DNA from: Chloropicon primus
Lineage: Eukaryota
Direction: 5' to 3'
DNA: 64,000 bases
Assembly: GCA_023205875.1 (NCBI GenBank)
Contig: CP060755.1
Span: 310,001-374,000 of the forward strand
Under the pieces are notes generated by a model. That model ran no database searches. It was given only the letters and a program-made list of their open reading frames with translations, and was not told the origin of the DNA. Position 1 is the stretch's first letter; each line of letters opens with the position of its first letter. Shown piece by piece: positions 34,075-46,550 of the stretch. The position numbers and the translations under genes are program-made.

Positions 34075-36939
34075 TCACATCAAGAGGCTCTGAAAGAGCT
34101 GGGACATGGGGGGCAAGTCATGCGAAGGCGTGGCCTGGTACTTCAATAGGAGGCCAGGGACGCCCGCCCCGGCGTCAAGCAAAGCCTTCCCAGTCCCCGA
34201 CGAGCGAGCCTCCTCCGATGGCTGCTCTCCGCCCCCTGGCGTTGTCCCATTCTCAGCGCCCAAAGCCACCTCCCTCAGCTTTTCCTCATCAGGCCTCGTC
34301 ACCTGAGTCACTTGCTGGGCTTTCGTGGCAAAGCTCCGGGAAATAAAGTCGCCCTCCTTGGTGGCGATCACCACCTCGTCCCCAATAGAGAAAAGGTTGG
34401 TCCCGTAGGCGCTCACATGCCACACCCCCTCTGGCCTTGCACTCTTTGGGGAAAAGAACAGGACCTTGGTGCCGTCTTCCGCCTTCTTAGAGCCGGCTTT
34501 GGTGGCAACCGAGACAGCAAACTTGTGCAATGTGCCCGCCGTTCCAAGGGATGTGCAACACACCTGGCAGTTCCCCTCGAACCTGAAGGACCATAGGTGT
34601 TTCAAGGTCAGCAGGTTCCACACCGAGATACCCTTGCAGTTGCCCTTCTTGGAAACCCAGTTTCCCACCACGAAGGCAGGCTTCGCCTCAGAAATGAGAG
34701 CGATGTCTTGGAAGCTCTCCACGAGGAGAGATGGCGGACACTTGAGGACAGCTAGCAGGTCAAGGTTGCTGGTATCCCAGAACCCGATGTTGTCAGCAAA
34801 AGATGCGACAAACACATCGCCAGTCCCACTGAATCTGCAAGAGTTAATGTGTGATGTAGGAACAGATGACTGGCAGGAGCAGACCCAGTCGTTGTCCACT
34901 CGTGCCCAGAGCTTGAACTTCCCGTCCTGGGAGCAAGTTATCGCCAAGCTCCTCTGCTGGTGTCCCAATACGCAAGTCACTTTCTTCTCGTGCGGGTTCA
35001 AGACCGTCTTCTCAACCTCATACTTCTTATGTGGAGTGCGGGACCAAAACTTCAACCAAATGTTCATCCCCTCTGTTTGCTGCTCCACGGTGCACAGGTG
35101 CTGCTCCTCGGCACAGTAAGACAGGAGAGTCCCTCCATCTCCGCCTTTGCCTCTGCTCTTAAAGGTCGCGAAAGATTTTCCTTTGCTCTTCGAGTGGGGT
35201 GTCTGATCTTCGTTGTAACTGACGCTGAGCTTACTGATCTGGCAGTCATGGTCCAAGTCGTATTTCTGGAGGAGGCCCCTGTTAGACTTGAAGAGAGAGA
35301 CCTCTGCATGGCCGTCCTGATTCCTTCTGAGCGACACAACCTTGTTGTAGGGCACTTGGAGACCCGCAACTGTGCACACTCTGGATTTTGTGACGACGTT
35401 CACCACTACGATCGAGTTGTCTGCACAGCCCACAGCAAGGTAGGATTCCATTCCTACCTCTTCCCTCTGCGAGTGGCAAACCTTCATCGAGAGCAGGGGG
35501 GCGGGGAACCTGGGAAGGTACGACCTCTTCCCCTGTGGAAGTTCCCAGATCACCAAGGTACACTCAGAACCTCCAGAATAGAGGTAGTGCACATCAGGGG
35601 CAAGGCCGGTCTCGTCCTTTACTCCCCACTCCAAGGCCAGAACCGAGCTCGAGTGCCAGTGGAATGTTGCAGGCAAAACAGCGGGCTGGTTTCCCCTTTG
35701 CTGCTTGTCCATCTTCCAAAGCGGGCTCACTTCATGGAGGTTGTAGACCAGAACTTGGCCTACCATGTCCCCGACAGCAAGCATGTCTTCTCCAGAACTA
35801 ATGGCCAGGCTTGTCACACTCTTTGTGTGGTAGAGGGGAATTTCTTCCTCGGGTTTTCTTGACGGCTTCCACAGGAAAACGGTGTTCTGATCCGCTGCGG
35901 CGACGAGGCCTCCCGTGTAAGAGGCCTTGAACGCCTGTGGTTGCCCACTCTGCATTTTCCTGGCGGCACCCTTCGACAGAACCAGGGACTTGCTCTTCCT
36001 GCGCCCGCCAGGAGCTCCGCCGCTCAACCGAAGCATGTCCTTGAATTGAAGCGGGAAGGATCTCACCGACGACATCTTGTTGCCAGTCTTGTTGCTTTCC
36101 GTCTGCATGCAGAGCCAGCCAATGGTGTACGGCAAGTCATCCTTCCTGCCGACCCCAAGCGCGAGGCCCAGGGGAACGGGATTCGAGCCGGGCTGCACCT
36201 CCACGAGGTTTTCTATCCTCAGCTTGGCCAAGGGGATAGTTCTGGCCACATCCCACACCACGATGGTCATGCACTTGGCGCAAGTCATGGCCTGGAGCCT
36301 GTTCACGGCAGCTGGCACCGCCACGAGCGAGACGATGGTTCCCTCGTGCGCCCTGCTCTTGTCCCCTGGACCGCACTTTCCTTCCGGAAGCTTGTACACG
36401 CGGAGCACCGGCCCCGACGTCGTCACGAGGTACGACCCCAGACCCTCGTAGGACACAACAATGGGCTCAACCTTTGGCAACGCGGGCAGGGAAGAAGACG
36501 AAGTGGTAGGCTCCTTCGCGGTCCTCCTTTCATTCCTGTCCCCCAAAATCGGCTCCTTCCCCGGCCTCTGCCGCCCTTTCACCTTCTCCCCCTCGCTCAG
36601 GTTCCACGTACCTCCGGCGACACCAACTGCGTCTTTGCCCATGCGTCTCCACGAGTCTGATCCATCTTTCCCGCTCTCCTCGACGTCCACTCTGGAGCGT
36701 GGCGAGGTTGGTTCCGAGGTTGCATTGCCATCTTTCTTGAACGAACCGCTTCGGCGCTTCTTGTTCCTCCTGCTTCTCGTCCGACCCCCTACTGCATTCC
36801 CCGTGGCTGCAGGCTTCTCCGCAGGTCCACCCTTTCCTCGTTCTCCCACCTCTTCCATCACCACATCCCCTTCCTTCTCCTCCTCCCCCTTCCCCTTCAC
36901 CCCTCCTCCACCTTTTCCCCTTCCTGACCTCCTCGCCAT
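34075..36939 (-). CDS. WDR75: WD40 protein WDR75/Utp17-like (SSU processome)
   Basis: HWHSSSVLAL, YLYSGGSECTLVIW..KRSYLPR, LKFW, TCSQDGKFKLW. Confidence 0.75.
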   Translation of the reverse strand: MARRSGRGKGGGGVKGKGEEEKEGDVVMEEVGERGKGGPAEKPAATGNAVGGRTRSRRNKKRRSGSFKKDGNATSEPTSPRSRVDVEESGKDGSDSWRRMGKDAVGVAGGTWNLSEGEKVKGRQRPGKEPILGDRNERRTAKEPTTSSSSLPALPKVEPIVVSYEGLGSYLVTTSGPVLRVYKLPEGKCGPGDKSRAHEGTIVSLVAVPAAVNRLQAMTCAKCMTIVVWDVARTIPLAKLRIENLVEVQPGSNPVPLGLALGVGRKDDLPYTIGWLCMQTESNKTGNKMSSVRSFPLQFKDMLRLSGGAPGGRRKSKSLVLSKGAARKMQSGQPQAFKASYTGGLVAAADQNTVFLWKPSRKPEEEIPLYHTKSVTSLAISSGEDMLAVGDMVGQVLVYNLHEVSPLWKMDKQQRGNQPAVLPATFHWHSSSVLALEWGVKDETGLAPDVHYLYSGGSECTLVIWELPQGKRSYLPRFPAPLLSMKVCHSQREEVGMESYLAVGCADNSIVVVNVVTKSRVCTVAGLQVPYNKVVSLRRNQDGHAEVSLFKSNRGLLQKYDLDHDCQISKLSVSYNEDQTPHSKSKGKSFATFKSRGKGGDGGTLLSYCAEEQHLCTVEQQTEGMNIWLKFWSRTPHKKYEVEKTVLNPHEKKVTCVLGHQQRSLAITCSQDGKFKLWARVDNDWVCSCQSSVPTSHINSCRFSGTGDVFVASFADNIGFWDTSNLDLLAVLKCPPSLLVESFQDIALISEAKPAFVVGNWVSKKGNCKGISVWNLLTLKHLWSFRFEGNCQVCCTSLGTAGTLHKFAVSVATKAGSKKAEDGTKVLFFSPKSARPEGVWHVSAYGTNLFSIGDEVVIATKEGDFISRSFATKAQQVTQVTRPDEEKLREVALGAENGTTPGGGEQPSEEARSSGTGKALLDAGAGVPGLLLKYQATPSHDLPPMSQLFQSLLM

Positions 36940-37486
36940 TTCCTCTTCCTCTCTGTCTGTCTCTGTTCCAACCCACTTTCCTTTTCCTCCTGGGCTTGTG
37001 CAACCCACTCGGACGACCGGCGGCACTTCTTTCCCCTCGCAGCAGCGCCGTCAGATACCACCAGGGGGTAGGTATTCCACAAAGCAAGCAAGGACACCTT
37101 CCCTCCTCTGTCAAGGCACACACTCCCTTCGTTCTCTTGTTCCCGTTCGCGCACCTCCTGGGTCCCTCTCCTCTCCTCTCTTCTCCTGGGATCGCCGCCG
37201 ATCTCTCTCTCTTTCCAGCAGCCAAGCAGCAGCCTTTGTCAAAACGCATGGGGACGAGCCAGGGGATCATCGATCGAGGGAGAACAAGAACGAGGAACCG
37301 AGGTGAGCGCGCGAACGAGGGAGAGGGAGAGGTTGTGTTTGTGGTTGTCGTCCGGAAGGCGAGGTCCTGTGGAGTGGAGGGGACGAGGCATCGCTGGAGG
37401 GAAGGAGGAAGAGGACCAGACGCAACTGCAAGCTGTTCACGCCACTTGTCAGGAGGAAGGAGCTAACGGAAGGAGACAAACCAACT

Positions 37487-37880
37487 ATGGTGAGTTTGAG
37501 TGGCGGGTCTCTTTAAGTGTTAAGGGAAAGGTTTTCATCGAGGACGTCAAGCGTGGCAGTCGTGAACGGAGTGGGAACTCCTCTCTCTGCCCCAAACTCT
37601 CTCTGTCTTGCTTTGTCTGCCTCTCGATCTTGCACGCACGCTCGCTGTGTGCTTACACCTCTGTTTTTTGTACTGATCAAATCCTTCTGTTTTTTTGTCT
37701 TTCTACGCTTCCACGTTGCTTGATCGAGCAGAACCGCCTGAATAAGGGTCAGAGGGAGAAAGTGAGGCACTTTCAAGCCATAACCGATTGCAAGTGAGTT
37801 CAAAGAGTGGCTGGTTTGAGAGGGAACGCCCAATCACTGACGACTTGTCCTTCCACCTTCCTTTTTCCTCCTCGATCACC

Positions 37881-37912
<32 letters not shown>

Positions 37913-38787
37913 GCGTGAACACAGTGAGAGCTTCGCAGCCCAGATTCTGCGCTCGAATAACTGGAACCTGGAGGCGGCGATCGAGTATGTGTTTGCGGAA
38001 GGGGTGGAGATTAGCTCCATAAAGCCATCAGTGTTAGAGAAGATATACAAGGTGTACAAGGACAAGGATGAGGACCTAATCATGGCGGAAGGCATTGGTC
38101 AGTTTTGCGAAGACCTGGGAGTTGACCCAAGCGATCCAATAACGCTTGTGATATCGAGGTGCGTGAAGATCATGACGGAGTAGTTGCGGGAAACGCCGAC
38201 CGGAGGAAACGGGGGTCTGACTCATCGTTCCGTGTTTCTTTGCCCGTTGCTTCGTAGATACATGGGGGCAGATGTGATGGGGGAGTTCACGAAAGAAGAG
38301 TTCTTCAGGGGCTTTCAAAGGCTGAATTGTGACTCGGTGAAGGCTTTGAAGAAGAAGCTTCCTGCTCTCAGAAAGGAGTTGAAAGACAGCCATAAGTTCA
38401 AGGACACGTACGAATATGCGTTTAGCTTCTCAAGGGAGAAAGGGCAGAAGTCTCTGGTGCTAGACACGGCGATTGGAATGTGGAAGTTGCTGTTTGGAAT
38501 CTACAGTTGGCCCCTCTGTGACCAGTGGTGTGAATTCGTGGAGGTCAACCACAAAAAGGTGAGGCAACTTTTCCCTTCCTGCTGCTCTTGTTGGCTCGTC
38601 CGCAAGCGATTCCTAACCCCTGCTTTCCGTCTCCCTCAAGGCAATCACGAAGGACACTTGGTTCCAGCTCTTACCATTCGCAAAGCAGTTTCCGGCGGAC
38701 CTCTCGGGCTACGACGAGAACGGCGCTTGGCCTTACCTGATCGACGAGTTTGTGGAGTGGCATGAAGAGAAAAACATGAAAGAGTAG
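37487..38787 (+). CDS. DCN1: DCN1-like neddylation E3, multi-exon
   Basis: UBA-like QREKVRHFQAIT..WNLEAA; FCEDLGVDP, MGEFTKEEF, REKGQKSL.LDTAI.MW.L, GAWPYLIDEFVE. Confidence 0.9.
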
Positions 38788-38857
38788 CGTTTTGTTTACA
38801 AGGTGGAGGGTTACGTAATTATGTGCGAGGTTTGCACAATTGCATGTAAAATCAATC

Positions 38858-39442
38858 TCAGTAATAATAGGCAGCAAAGGCAACCGCTACACAGAATATC
38901 GTTTCCTGCAACAGGGGTCAAGAAACAACGAAAAGAACAAACATTTCAAGTCAGTCTCTGCCCCGATTCGAGAATTCTTCGAACACGAAAGCTGTCGGCG
39001 AGCTCCTCCTTACGTTTTGGAAAGTCTTCTGAACGTAGTGATCCCTTTTGTGGTCCCAGAAACACCTTGCACTCATGGAGACGCCCTCGCCCCTTTGCTC
39101 TCCGATCATGACCTGAACCACATACTTGTATCTGTCCATGTCTTGCAGCTTCAGACTTTGCTTGATCTCATCCGCTATCTCCCGTGTCCACTGACTTGTG
39201 TTGTCCGGATGGTACGTGGCGCCCGTCAACTTCTCTCGAAGGACTTCTTCCATGATGTTTTTCACCTTGGTCTGGCGAAAGTTACTTATGGTTCTGTGGG
39301 GGAGAGTGACACGCAAACAGACGCGAAAAAGGAAAGGACTTGGTTAGGACAACACACGCAACGCACGCGAGCCTTCCATCTTTTCTTGTTCATGCTCCGC
39401 AAGGCACGCGGGGACTCACCTGTTTGGCTCTGAAACCTCCAT
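38858..39442 (-). CDS. Tctex-1 family dynein light chain (TCTEX1D2-like), 3 exons
   Basis: RYKYVVQVMIGEQRGEGV..RCFWD; last exon ETIFCVAVAFAAYYY. Confidence 0.85.
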
Positions 39443-39947
39443 CTTTGTCTCTCTCCTATTCCTTTTCACTGTGCCTGGCTTGGCTTCCCACTCTCAAGTC
39501 GTCAAGCACTCGGGACGGAAACGTTTTGGGGCAAAGGAACCCGCGAGTGACCCCTTCACGTCACGTCGTCGCCCACCTCCGTCGGCACCCTGTGTTATTC
39601 AATCGAAGCACGGCCAAGGGCGCTCCTCCCCTCACTCTCTGACAAGTCAAGATTATTGACTTCATTTGAACGAGAACGAGCGATGGCGGATGGGGCGAAG
39701 AGAGGACAGGAGGGAGGAGAGGGAGGGTGATCCCGGGAGGGGGCCAAGGCGAGGCAATGGGCGAAAGGCACGAACGAGGAAGAGCATCCGCCGGACATGG
39801 TTGTGTCTTTGAACTCCTTTCAGAAAATGTTTTTTCATGAGGACGAGGAAGGTTGTCGTGGTGGAGGATGGATCAAACTGGTAACATATAACAATTTTAG
39901 ATATTTTATATACATTCAGCGAGGGCCATTGCAGCCGACTCCGTCGT

Positions 39948-41114
39948 TTACACTTCTTCAACTTCAACAACACGAGGTTCTTCCTCGGCCTGTAGTGTGA
40001 TGTCTTGCTCTAGCTCATCCGCGGTAGGGACTGGAGGAACGTCCTCGTCGACGCTTCCCCGGTTTTGCCGCCTCTCCCTCCGGCTCCTGTTCGTCTGCAG
40101 CAAGTTGCGCATGAAGTTCATGATCCTCGAGGACGAGTTGTCGTTCCTGTTGTACATGAAGTACACTTCCGCGTGCTGGTCCAAGGTGTCTCGGATCAAT
40201 CGGGAAAGGGAAGGCCGCCTCGAGTTCGAGCGCCGGCTATTGTTTGAAGTGCCCGAATCCCCACTCTCGTCAATCGCATCGATGGGAAGGACCACGTCAC
40301 TGTATGGCCTCTCAATCGCAATTTCCTTGCAAAGCGGGCAAGTTACGTCCCTGTTGAACCACTTTTCTATGCACTCGGAGTGCATCCAGTGTTTGCAAGG
40401 CAGTCTCGTCAGTTTTGACGTACTGTCGTACTCCTCCTGCAATCCCAAAGCAAGTCAGGGTCAGCGGCGAGCGTGCGAGCGTGTCAGCAAGGGTGTGTGA
40501 TGAGGAGGGTGGTCGCCACGAGCAAAGAAGTCCTTTCTCGACACGCGGACTGGGGACTTACCAAACAGATGCAGCAGGTGGTGTCGCAGGCCCCATCAAG
40601 GTCCCCGAAACAGCACCTCTCGAACTCCGAGGTATCAGGGGGATACTTCATTGAGTTCAAGCTCCTTCGCCTCGGGGTGACCGTCCCCGGCTCCCTCACA
40701 CCCGAAAACAAGGACCGCCCATCTCTCGCGTTCACTGTTGTTGTTGTTGTTGTTGTTGTTGATGACGATGATGATGATGATGATGACGATGATGATGACG
40801 ATGGATACGAGAGAAAGAAAAAGTCGAGTCAACAAGGCTTGCGCGTGGACGACGTGGCGGCGAATACCCGGACAAACAAATCGGAGGACGCGAACGCGTG
40901 TGCGTTCTCCTCGTCAACGACAGGGCGAGTCCGAACAAGACAACCCCTTGATCATCTACCTAGACTCACCTCTAAACCATATCACGTCGTCCCAGTCAGC
41001 AGATCCCTCTTCCTGCGTCCTTGCTCGGCACTTCTGATACACGAGGTATACCAAGATGCACCCGAAGTTCAGAACGACAGGCAGCAGGGTGGCCAAAAGA
41101 AGTAAGCTGCTCAT
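39948..41114 (-). CDS. RING-H2 E3 ligase with N-terminal TM segment (ATL-like), 3 exons
   Basis: CCICL|EEYD..LPCKHWMHSECIEKW..TCPLCK; hydrophobic first exon. Confidence 0.8.
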
Positions 41115-41988
41115 CTTCTCGTTCCTCCCTTGAAGAAAGCGAGAGCCCCTCTACTTTGCGCCCTTTCGCGAAGAGTTCCCCTTCCCTGGCGCTCTCGTCG
41201 TCCCGTCGTCCCGTCCTCTCTCTCTTCGGGGCTCAAGGAGTAGGCTCAAGCCCTGGAGGCAGAGCTTGGCCCGGGTCGCCCGGTTCTGTCCACAGAGTGG
41301 GTGTTGCTCTCGAGTGGGTGTTGCTCTCGAGTGGGTGTTGCTGTGCTCCTCGGAGGAGGGCGTTCTCGACAGTCCCCAACGCTTCCCACTTTATGTAGTA
41401 TGGTAACAAAACCTTTTGTACGATCAAAGATCGTGCTATCTTCCTCCACAGCGAGAAGCGAGAAGCCCAAAGGAAGGGAAAGGAAAGGAAAGGAAAGGAA
41501 AGGAAGAAACAGAGAGGGGAACAGAAAGAGGAGGAGAGGAGAGGGGAGGGGAGGGGAGCAACGAAAGGAAAGTCCAATCAATCAATCTCTTAATCCTCTC
41601 TGAAAAGGATGGATTCTGATTTCTGATTGGGGTGGAATAGTGTAATCCGATGGACACCCAAAAAGCGAAGAGCGAAGAGCGGCGCGCGCAGACAGAGAGC
41701 GAGGAGCGGCAGGCCTGCCGGAGGAAGGAGGAGTTTGTGTCTTGTGTCCGTGTCTGTGTGTCTGTCCCCTACCGTAGTGGCGAGCACGACAAGGGTTCAC
41801 GAAGGCATGGCGAGCTTTGGAGGAAGTTTGGGTGAATAAGCGAGGAAGGGAGCGAGGAAGAGTGAGGAATAAGGGAAGACGAGGGTGGACCAGGAGAGCA
41901 TGGGGCCAGCGAGAAGGGAGACGGCGGGGGAATACTAAAAGGTGGGAGAGGCATTTGGACGTGGGGTGGTCGGGTCGGGTGTAGTACC

Positions 41989-43278
41989 ATGGAGGGCGAC
42001 GCTGCGGAGAGGGGGAACGGGAAGGCGAGCGTGAGCGGCGCGGAGGCGTCCAACGTCGTCCAGACCGGGCCTGCGGAGGGCAAGCGCAGGATAAGCATAC
42101 AGGGTCGGGGGAAGCTTTTCGATATCCCGTGCGGCGTGTACGAAATTCCCGGCCGTCCCCACGTGATCTTCAAGATCCAGGACTACAAGAGCGCGGAGAG
42201 GCCAAGGAGAGAGATCCCCTTTCTTTTCCAGGCTTTCGAGGCCGGGCAGGAGCCCCCGCCGGAGATGAAAGGCTTGTACTCGAAGAAGCACAGGAACAGG
42301 TCCAGGGACTCCCTACTAGACGCGTCCACGTCGAAGCGCCAGAAGGTGGCCGCCCCGAGCGGCTCTGTCTCAACGACGCACCACCACCAGGGGGGAGGGG
42401 GAACTGTTGCGGAAGATAGCCAAGGTCCTCTTGGGAACGGAAACAGCAACCAAGAGAACGGCGGTCTGAGCGTGCCCCCCGTCACGCCCGTGGTCCCATC
42501 GAGCGGCGCTTCGAATGAGCGTCCCGCGACAATCCACGAGTACCTGGACTGGACGGTCACCGCCAACTGCACCCGCCCAGAGAGCGAGCAAGACTCTGAG
42601 CTTGACTTTGAGGGTTTCCGAGTGGTCACGGTGTGCGGAAGGCACAGGCCCGCTTGGCCGCGGCCGGGGGATCACCTGGTGAAGAAAGGGAACTGGGCCA
42701 AGGAGAACGAGCAGATCAAGCTTCCGTGGATGGGTGAGACGCTTCCTCCATTGAGTGTGAGCGGCAGTGCCTACAGTGCTGCAACCTTGAGGTCCGGATA
42801 CGGCAGCAAACCCGGTGAGAAAGGGAAACACTGGATAGAGGTTCCTTTCTTTGCGACCGCATCGACGAAGAGGGGCCGGGGGTATGGGAGGTGCCTCCTG
42901 GACGCCATAGAACACATCTGCCAAGTGCTGGACGTCAGCGCCCTCCACTTGTGCAGCACGAATGACCCAACGACCACGTGCATCTGGAGGAAGCTTGGCT
43001 TCACGGATAACGAGACTGACGTGAACGAGAACCTTGCCGCTTGTGGACTAACTCTCAAAGGCCCGGGGCTGCTCCATATGGACAACACCGTGCAGATGTT
43101 CAAGTCAGTGCCAAAGCATACGGGCAAAGACTTCAGGAGGATCCGAATTTCTCACCAGAGTCTGGTCCAGGTGCTGTACTTCAAGCCTCTGAGTAGCAGC
43201 AGCTCCCAGGCGGGGGACGAGAGGGCGGAAGGGTGCGAAGGGAAGGAACGGGTCAAGTCGGTAGAGGACACCTCTTAG
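41989..43278 (+). CDS. GNAT acetyltransferase-domain protein
   Basis: EVPFFAT..RGRGYGRCLLDAIE..IWRKLGF (GNAT motif A/B). Confidence 0.7.
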   Translation: MEGDAAERGNGKASVSGAEASNVVQTGPAEGKRRISIQGRGKLFDIPCGVYEIPGRPHVIFKIQDYKSAERPRREIPFLFQAFEAGQEPPPEMKGLYSKKHRNRSRDSLLDASTSKRQKVAAPSGSVSTTHHHQGGGGTVAEDSQGPLGNGNSNQENGGLSVPPVTPVVPSSGASNERPATIHEYLDWTVTANCTRPESEQDSELDFEGFRVVTVCGRHRPAWPRPGDHLVKKGNWAKENEQIKLPWMGETLPPLSVSGSAYSAATLRSGYGSKPGEKGKHWIEVPFFATASTKRGRGYGRCLLDAIEHICQVLDVSALHLCSTNDPTTTCIWRKLGFTDNETDVNENLAACGLTLKGPGLLHMDNTVQMFKSVPKHTGKDFRRIRISHQSLVQVLYFKPLSSSSSQAGDERAEGCEGKERVKSVEDTS

Positions 43279-43553
43279 AAGCAATTGGCGCGCGTTCTGC
43301 ACCGACCCAGAATACTGTAATATAGCGAAATATCCTAAAGAGCTTCAGGATATCCTCGGCTCGTTCCAGTTGGCAAATGAAACAAAAAAGATGTTTTACA
43401 ATGGCTACACAATCACAACGCCCCCCACCTCCTCTTCTTTCTTCTTTCTTCGTTTTACAACGAGGTCTGAACAAGTTCTCCCTTCTCTTCTCTGCCCCTG
43501 CAGTTACATTCGCTCGGTCCAAACACTTCCTTTGGCGCGCAACCTGCCAGGCG

Positions 43554-44789
43554 CTACTGGAAGTGCTCAGGGTGGTGCTGCATGATGTCCTCGAATATCA
43601 GGTCCCGGATGTAAACGCCGTTGATGTGGCCGTCATCCAATGGAAAGTAGAAGGGCTCTGAACAGCACGGTTCGTCGCTCGGGTCGTGGAGAGATGCCAT
43701 GTAAGGGTGAGCGAGGGCCTCCTCCACGGTTATCCTCTTGTGGGGGTTGAACTGGAGCATCTTGTCAATCAAGTCCAGGGCTTGGGGGTTCGAGTGAGGG
43801 TAGTACTTGCCCAAGACAACCCTCTGGCAATGCGGCAGGCTCCTCATGTACCTCTTGGCCTTCTCACTGTCGATGAAGTCCAAATCGGACTCGCTCGGCG
43901 ACCCCAAGACCCTCGTGATCAAGTTGAGCTGATGGACGTAATCCTTCCCCGGGAACAGCGGCTTTCTTCCGAGGAGCTCGGCGAAGATGCACCCCACAGA
44001 CCATATGTCTATCGCCGCGGTGTATTCGGCGCAAGACAGGAGCAGCTCGGGCGCCCTGTACCACCTCGTTACCACGTATTCCGTCATGTACTCCTTCTCG
44101 CTGTTCGTCCGGGCGAGGCCAAAGTCGCAGATCTTCAGATCGCAGTTCGCGTTCAGCAGCAAGTTGGACGGCTTCAGGTCCCTGTGTAGAACGTTGGCGC
44201 TGTGGATGTACTTCAGGCCCCTGAAGAGGGGATGAAAAGAAAAAGAAAAAGAGAAAAGTTCGGTTGCGGAAAGTCTGTCAGCGTCAAGGCGTCGAATTTC
44301 GAGGCAGCACCCCCACCCCCCCCGCACTCACCTCAGGAGCTGGTAGATGAAGTACTGGCAGTGCTCGTCACTCAGCGGCTGCGAGCTGCGGATGATTTGG
44401 TGCAGATCCGTGTCCATGAGCTCGTAAAGGATGTACATGTCCTTGAAGACCTCCCTCGTGGGCGGGGGAAGGATGTCCTTGATCTTCACGATGTTCTCAT
44501 GCTGCAAGTGCCTCAGCAGCTTGATCTCCCTCAGCATCCGCTTCGCATCAACGACGTTCTCAAACGCGTTGCTTATCTTCTTTATCGCGAGCCTCTCGCT
44601 CGTTACGGAGTTACTCGCCGAGCAAACCACGCCATAAGCCCCCTTCCCAATCGGTTTTATCGGCTTGTACTTCGCGTCCACCTCGAACAGCTGCCCGCAA
44701 ACCAGGAAGTGGTTGTACCTCTTCCCCCCCTCCTGCTGCTGCACCGTCACCCCCTCGTTCCCTTCCTCCTTGGCCTGCTCCACATCCAT
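43554..44789 (-). CDS. MAP kinase (TEY type); intron 44221-44331
   Basis: [38 protein letters not shown] domain LHDPSDEP. Confidence 0.96.
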
Positions 44790-45075
44790 CGCGTCCCCTC
44801 GAAACGACCGACGACAACGACGACGACGACGACTCAAGAAACACGACACGTCCGTTCCCCCGCGCAACTGACCGCCTGACGCGCGAAACCTCTCCGCCAA
44901 GTCCTCGCAAAGCTTGGGCCTCGCACCCTCGGCGTCCCTCTCCTCCCCTCGCGCGATCCGATCGACCACCAACGACAACCACTGTGCGCGTCCGTTCGCT
45001 TTCCCACCACTCAAGAACAAACTCCCCGTCTCGAATTAGCCGGGGAAGGTGAAGCCCAGATAGGTGAGGCATATG

Positions 45076-45318
45076 ACATATTACATCAGATTTAGCAAAT
45101 GAATCCTCGTGTGATCGCTGGTGAGAGCGATCACACTCATGACGCTACCCGCAGGGCTTCACCAGGGCTTCGCCCTAGCTTCGGCCTGCGCTGCGTCTAC
45201 GTTGCTTCTCATCATTTGATTACACGATACCATCACGCAAAAGTTACCCCGGAGGGTTACTCCCATCAGGTACCTTCGATTGTATTCTATGCGGCCCTCC
45301 ACCAGCGAATCGAAACGC
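45076..45318 (-). repeat. Structured non-coding dispersed repeat, copy B (5'-truncated, inverted)
   Basis: Reverse complement is nearly identical to 50884-51135. Confidence 0.92.
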
Positions 45319-45554
45319 ATCCACGGGTGGTGCTGTTTGGAGGGTCGGTGATCCCGCTCGCCATGGCGAGGCCGGGGCCACTTCGCGCACGAGGGGAAGG
45401 TCGAAACGCCGAGAGACGCTCCAAGCGAAGAAAGAGAGAGAGCCAGCCAGCCAAACAGACAGAGAAAGAAACGATGGATGGGTGAACATTACGATGCGAG
45501 GGACCCTTCGCCCCTCTGCATTTGTTATACTTGTTCTGCCACCTCCAAAGCGGC

Positions 45555-46034
45555 CTACTCTAACACCGCAAGCACTTCTCCAGTCCTCACGAAGTACACG
45601 TTCCTGTCGTCGAGCATCGTCTCCGTAGCTCCGTACTTTGCGAAAAGGATGCTGTCTCCAACCTTGACGTCCAAGCTAGACTCCTCCGGCACACCCTGCA
45701 CTGTTCCCACCAGTAGCTTCTCTCCTTGAGCCTGGTTCTCGGCTGCTTGGGCGGAGAGGAGGATGCCGCCGTCCGTCTTGGCCTCGCGCTCGAGCAGGGT
45801 CACCAAGTAGCGGTCGCCCACAGTCTGGTACTTGGACAAGTCCGCCTCCGTCGCGGTAGCGGAGGACACGAAGCTCCCGGCCCTTCTCCTGGACTTGGCT
45901 GCAGCTGCAGCAGCCCCCTCTCTCCTCGACGCTCCGAGGTTAGCGCACCCGTTCCCCCTGGCCACGCCGGCCTGGGCGCTCGCCTTCACCTTGAGCTCCG
46001 CCCTCGTCCTCATCTGAGTCCTCCCCCACTGCAT
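45555..46034 (-). CDS. Chaperonin-10 (GroES-like) with transit-peptide-like N-terminus
   Basis: VGDRYLV..KTDGGILL..VKVGDSILFAKYGATE..EVLAVLE. Confidence 0.88.
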   Translation of the reverse strand: MQWGRTQMRTRAELKVKASAQAGVARGNGCANLGASRREGAAAAAAKSRRRAGSFVSSATATEADLSKYQTVGDRYLVTLLEREAKTDGGILLSAQAAENQAQGEKLLVGTVQGVPEESSLDVKVGDSILFAKYGATETMLDDRNVYFVRTGEVLAVLE

Positions 46035-46550
46035 CCTCGCGCTCTCTGCGAAAGAAAAAACAAACAGACACAAACCTCGTTCAGCTTCAGAGTCCCAATC
46101 GAACCAAACCAAACCGAACCGAACCGAACCGTCTCTCCCTCCTCGTTTCCTTCGCGGTTGGGCTCGAACAAAAGCGTAACGACGGCAGGAAGCGTGGCGT
46201 GGACCATGCCTCTCGGTCCCCCCCCCCGCCTCCCCCACCGACACCTTACCTCCTTCAAGTACTCGCGAACGAAACACGAACAACCTCCGACTCTCTCCGT
46301 CGTCGGCTCTCAAGTGAAGTGGATAAGGCAAATCGAAAGCCTAAAGCCAAAGCCTTGAGGAGGAGGAGGAGGAGGAGGACCGAAGAGGAGGAGAGAGGGA
46401 GGGTGTGGGTGTGGGGCCACAGCAATACACTTCGACTCGGTTCGGTTCGGTTCTCAGGCTATGATCGCCTGGCGGGCGACCGGCTGGATCGGTTCGGCGG
46501 CCCAGCTGTGGGGGTTGGAGTGATTCGGGTTTGCACGAGTGCTCGAAGGG

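Noticed and set aside
40737..40803. (GTT)n(GAT)n run suggesting a poly-Asp/His/Gln protein
   Set aside because: Lies in an intron of the RING gene, just before the CAG acceptor on the minus strand.
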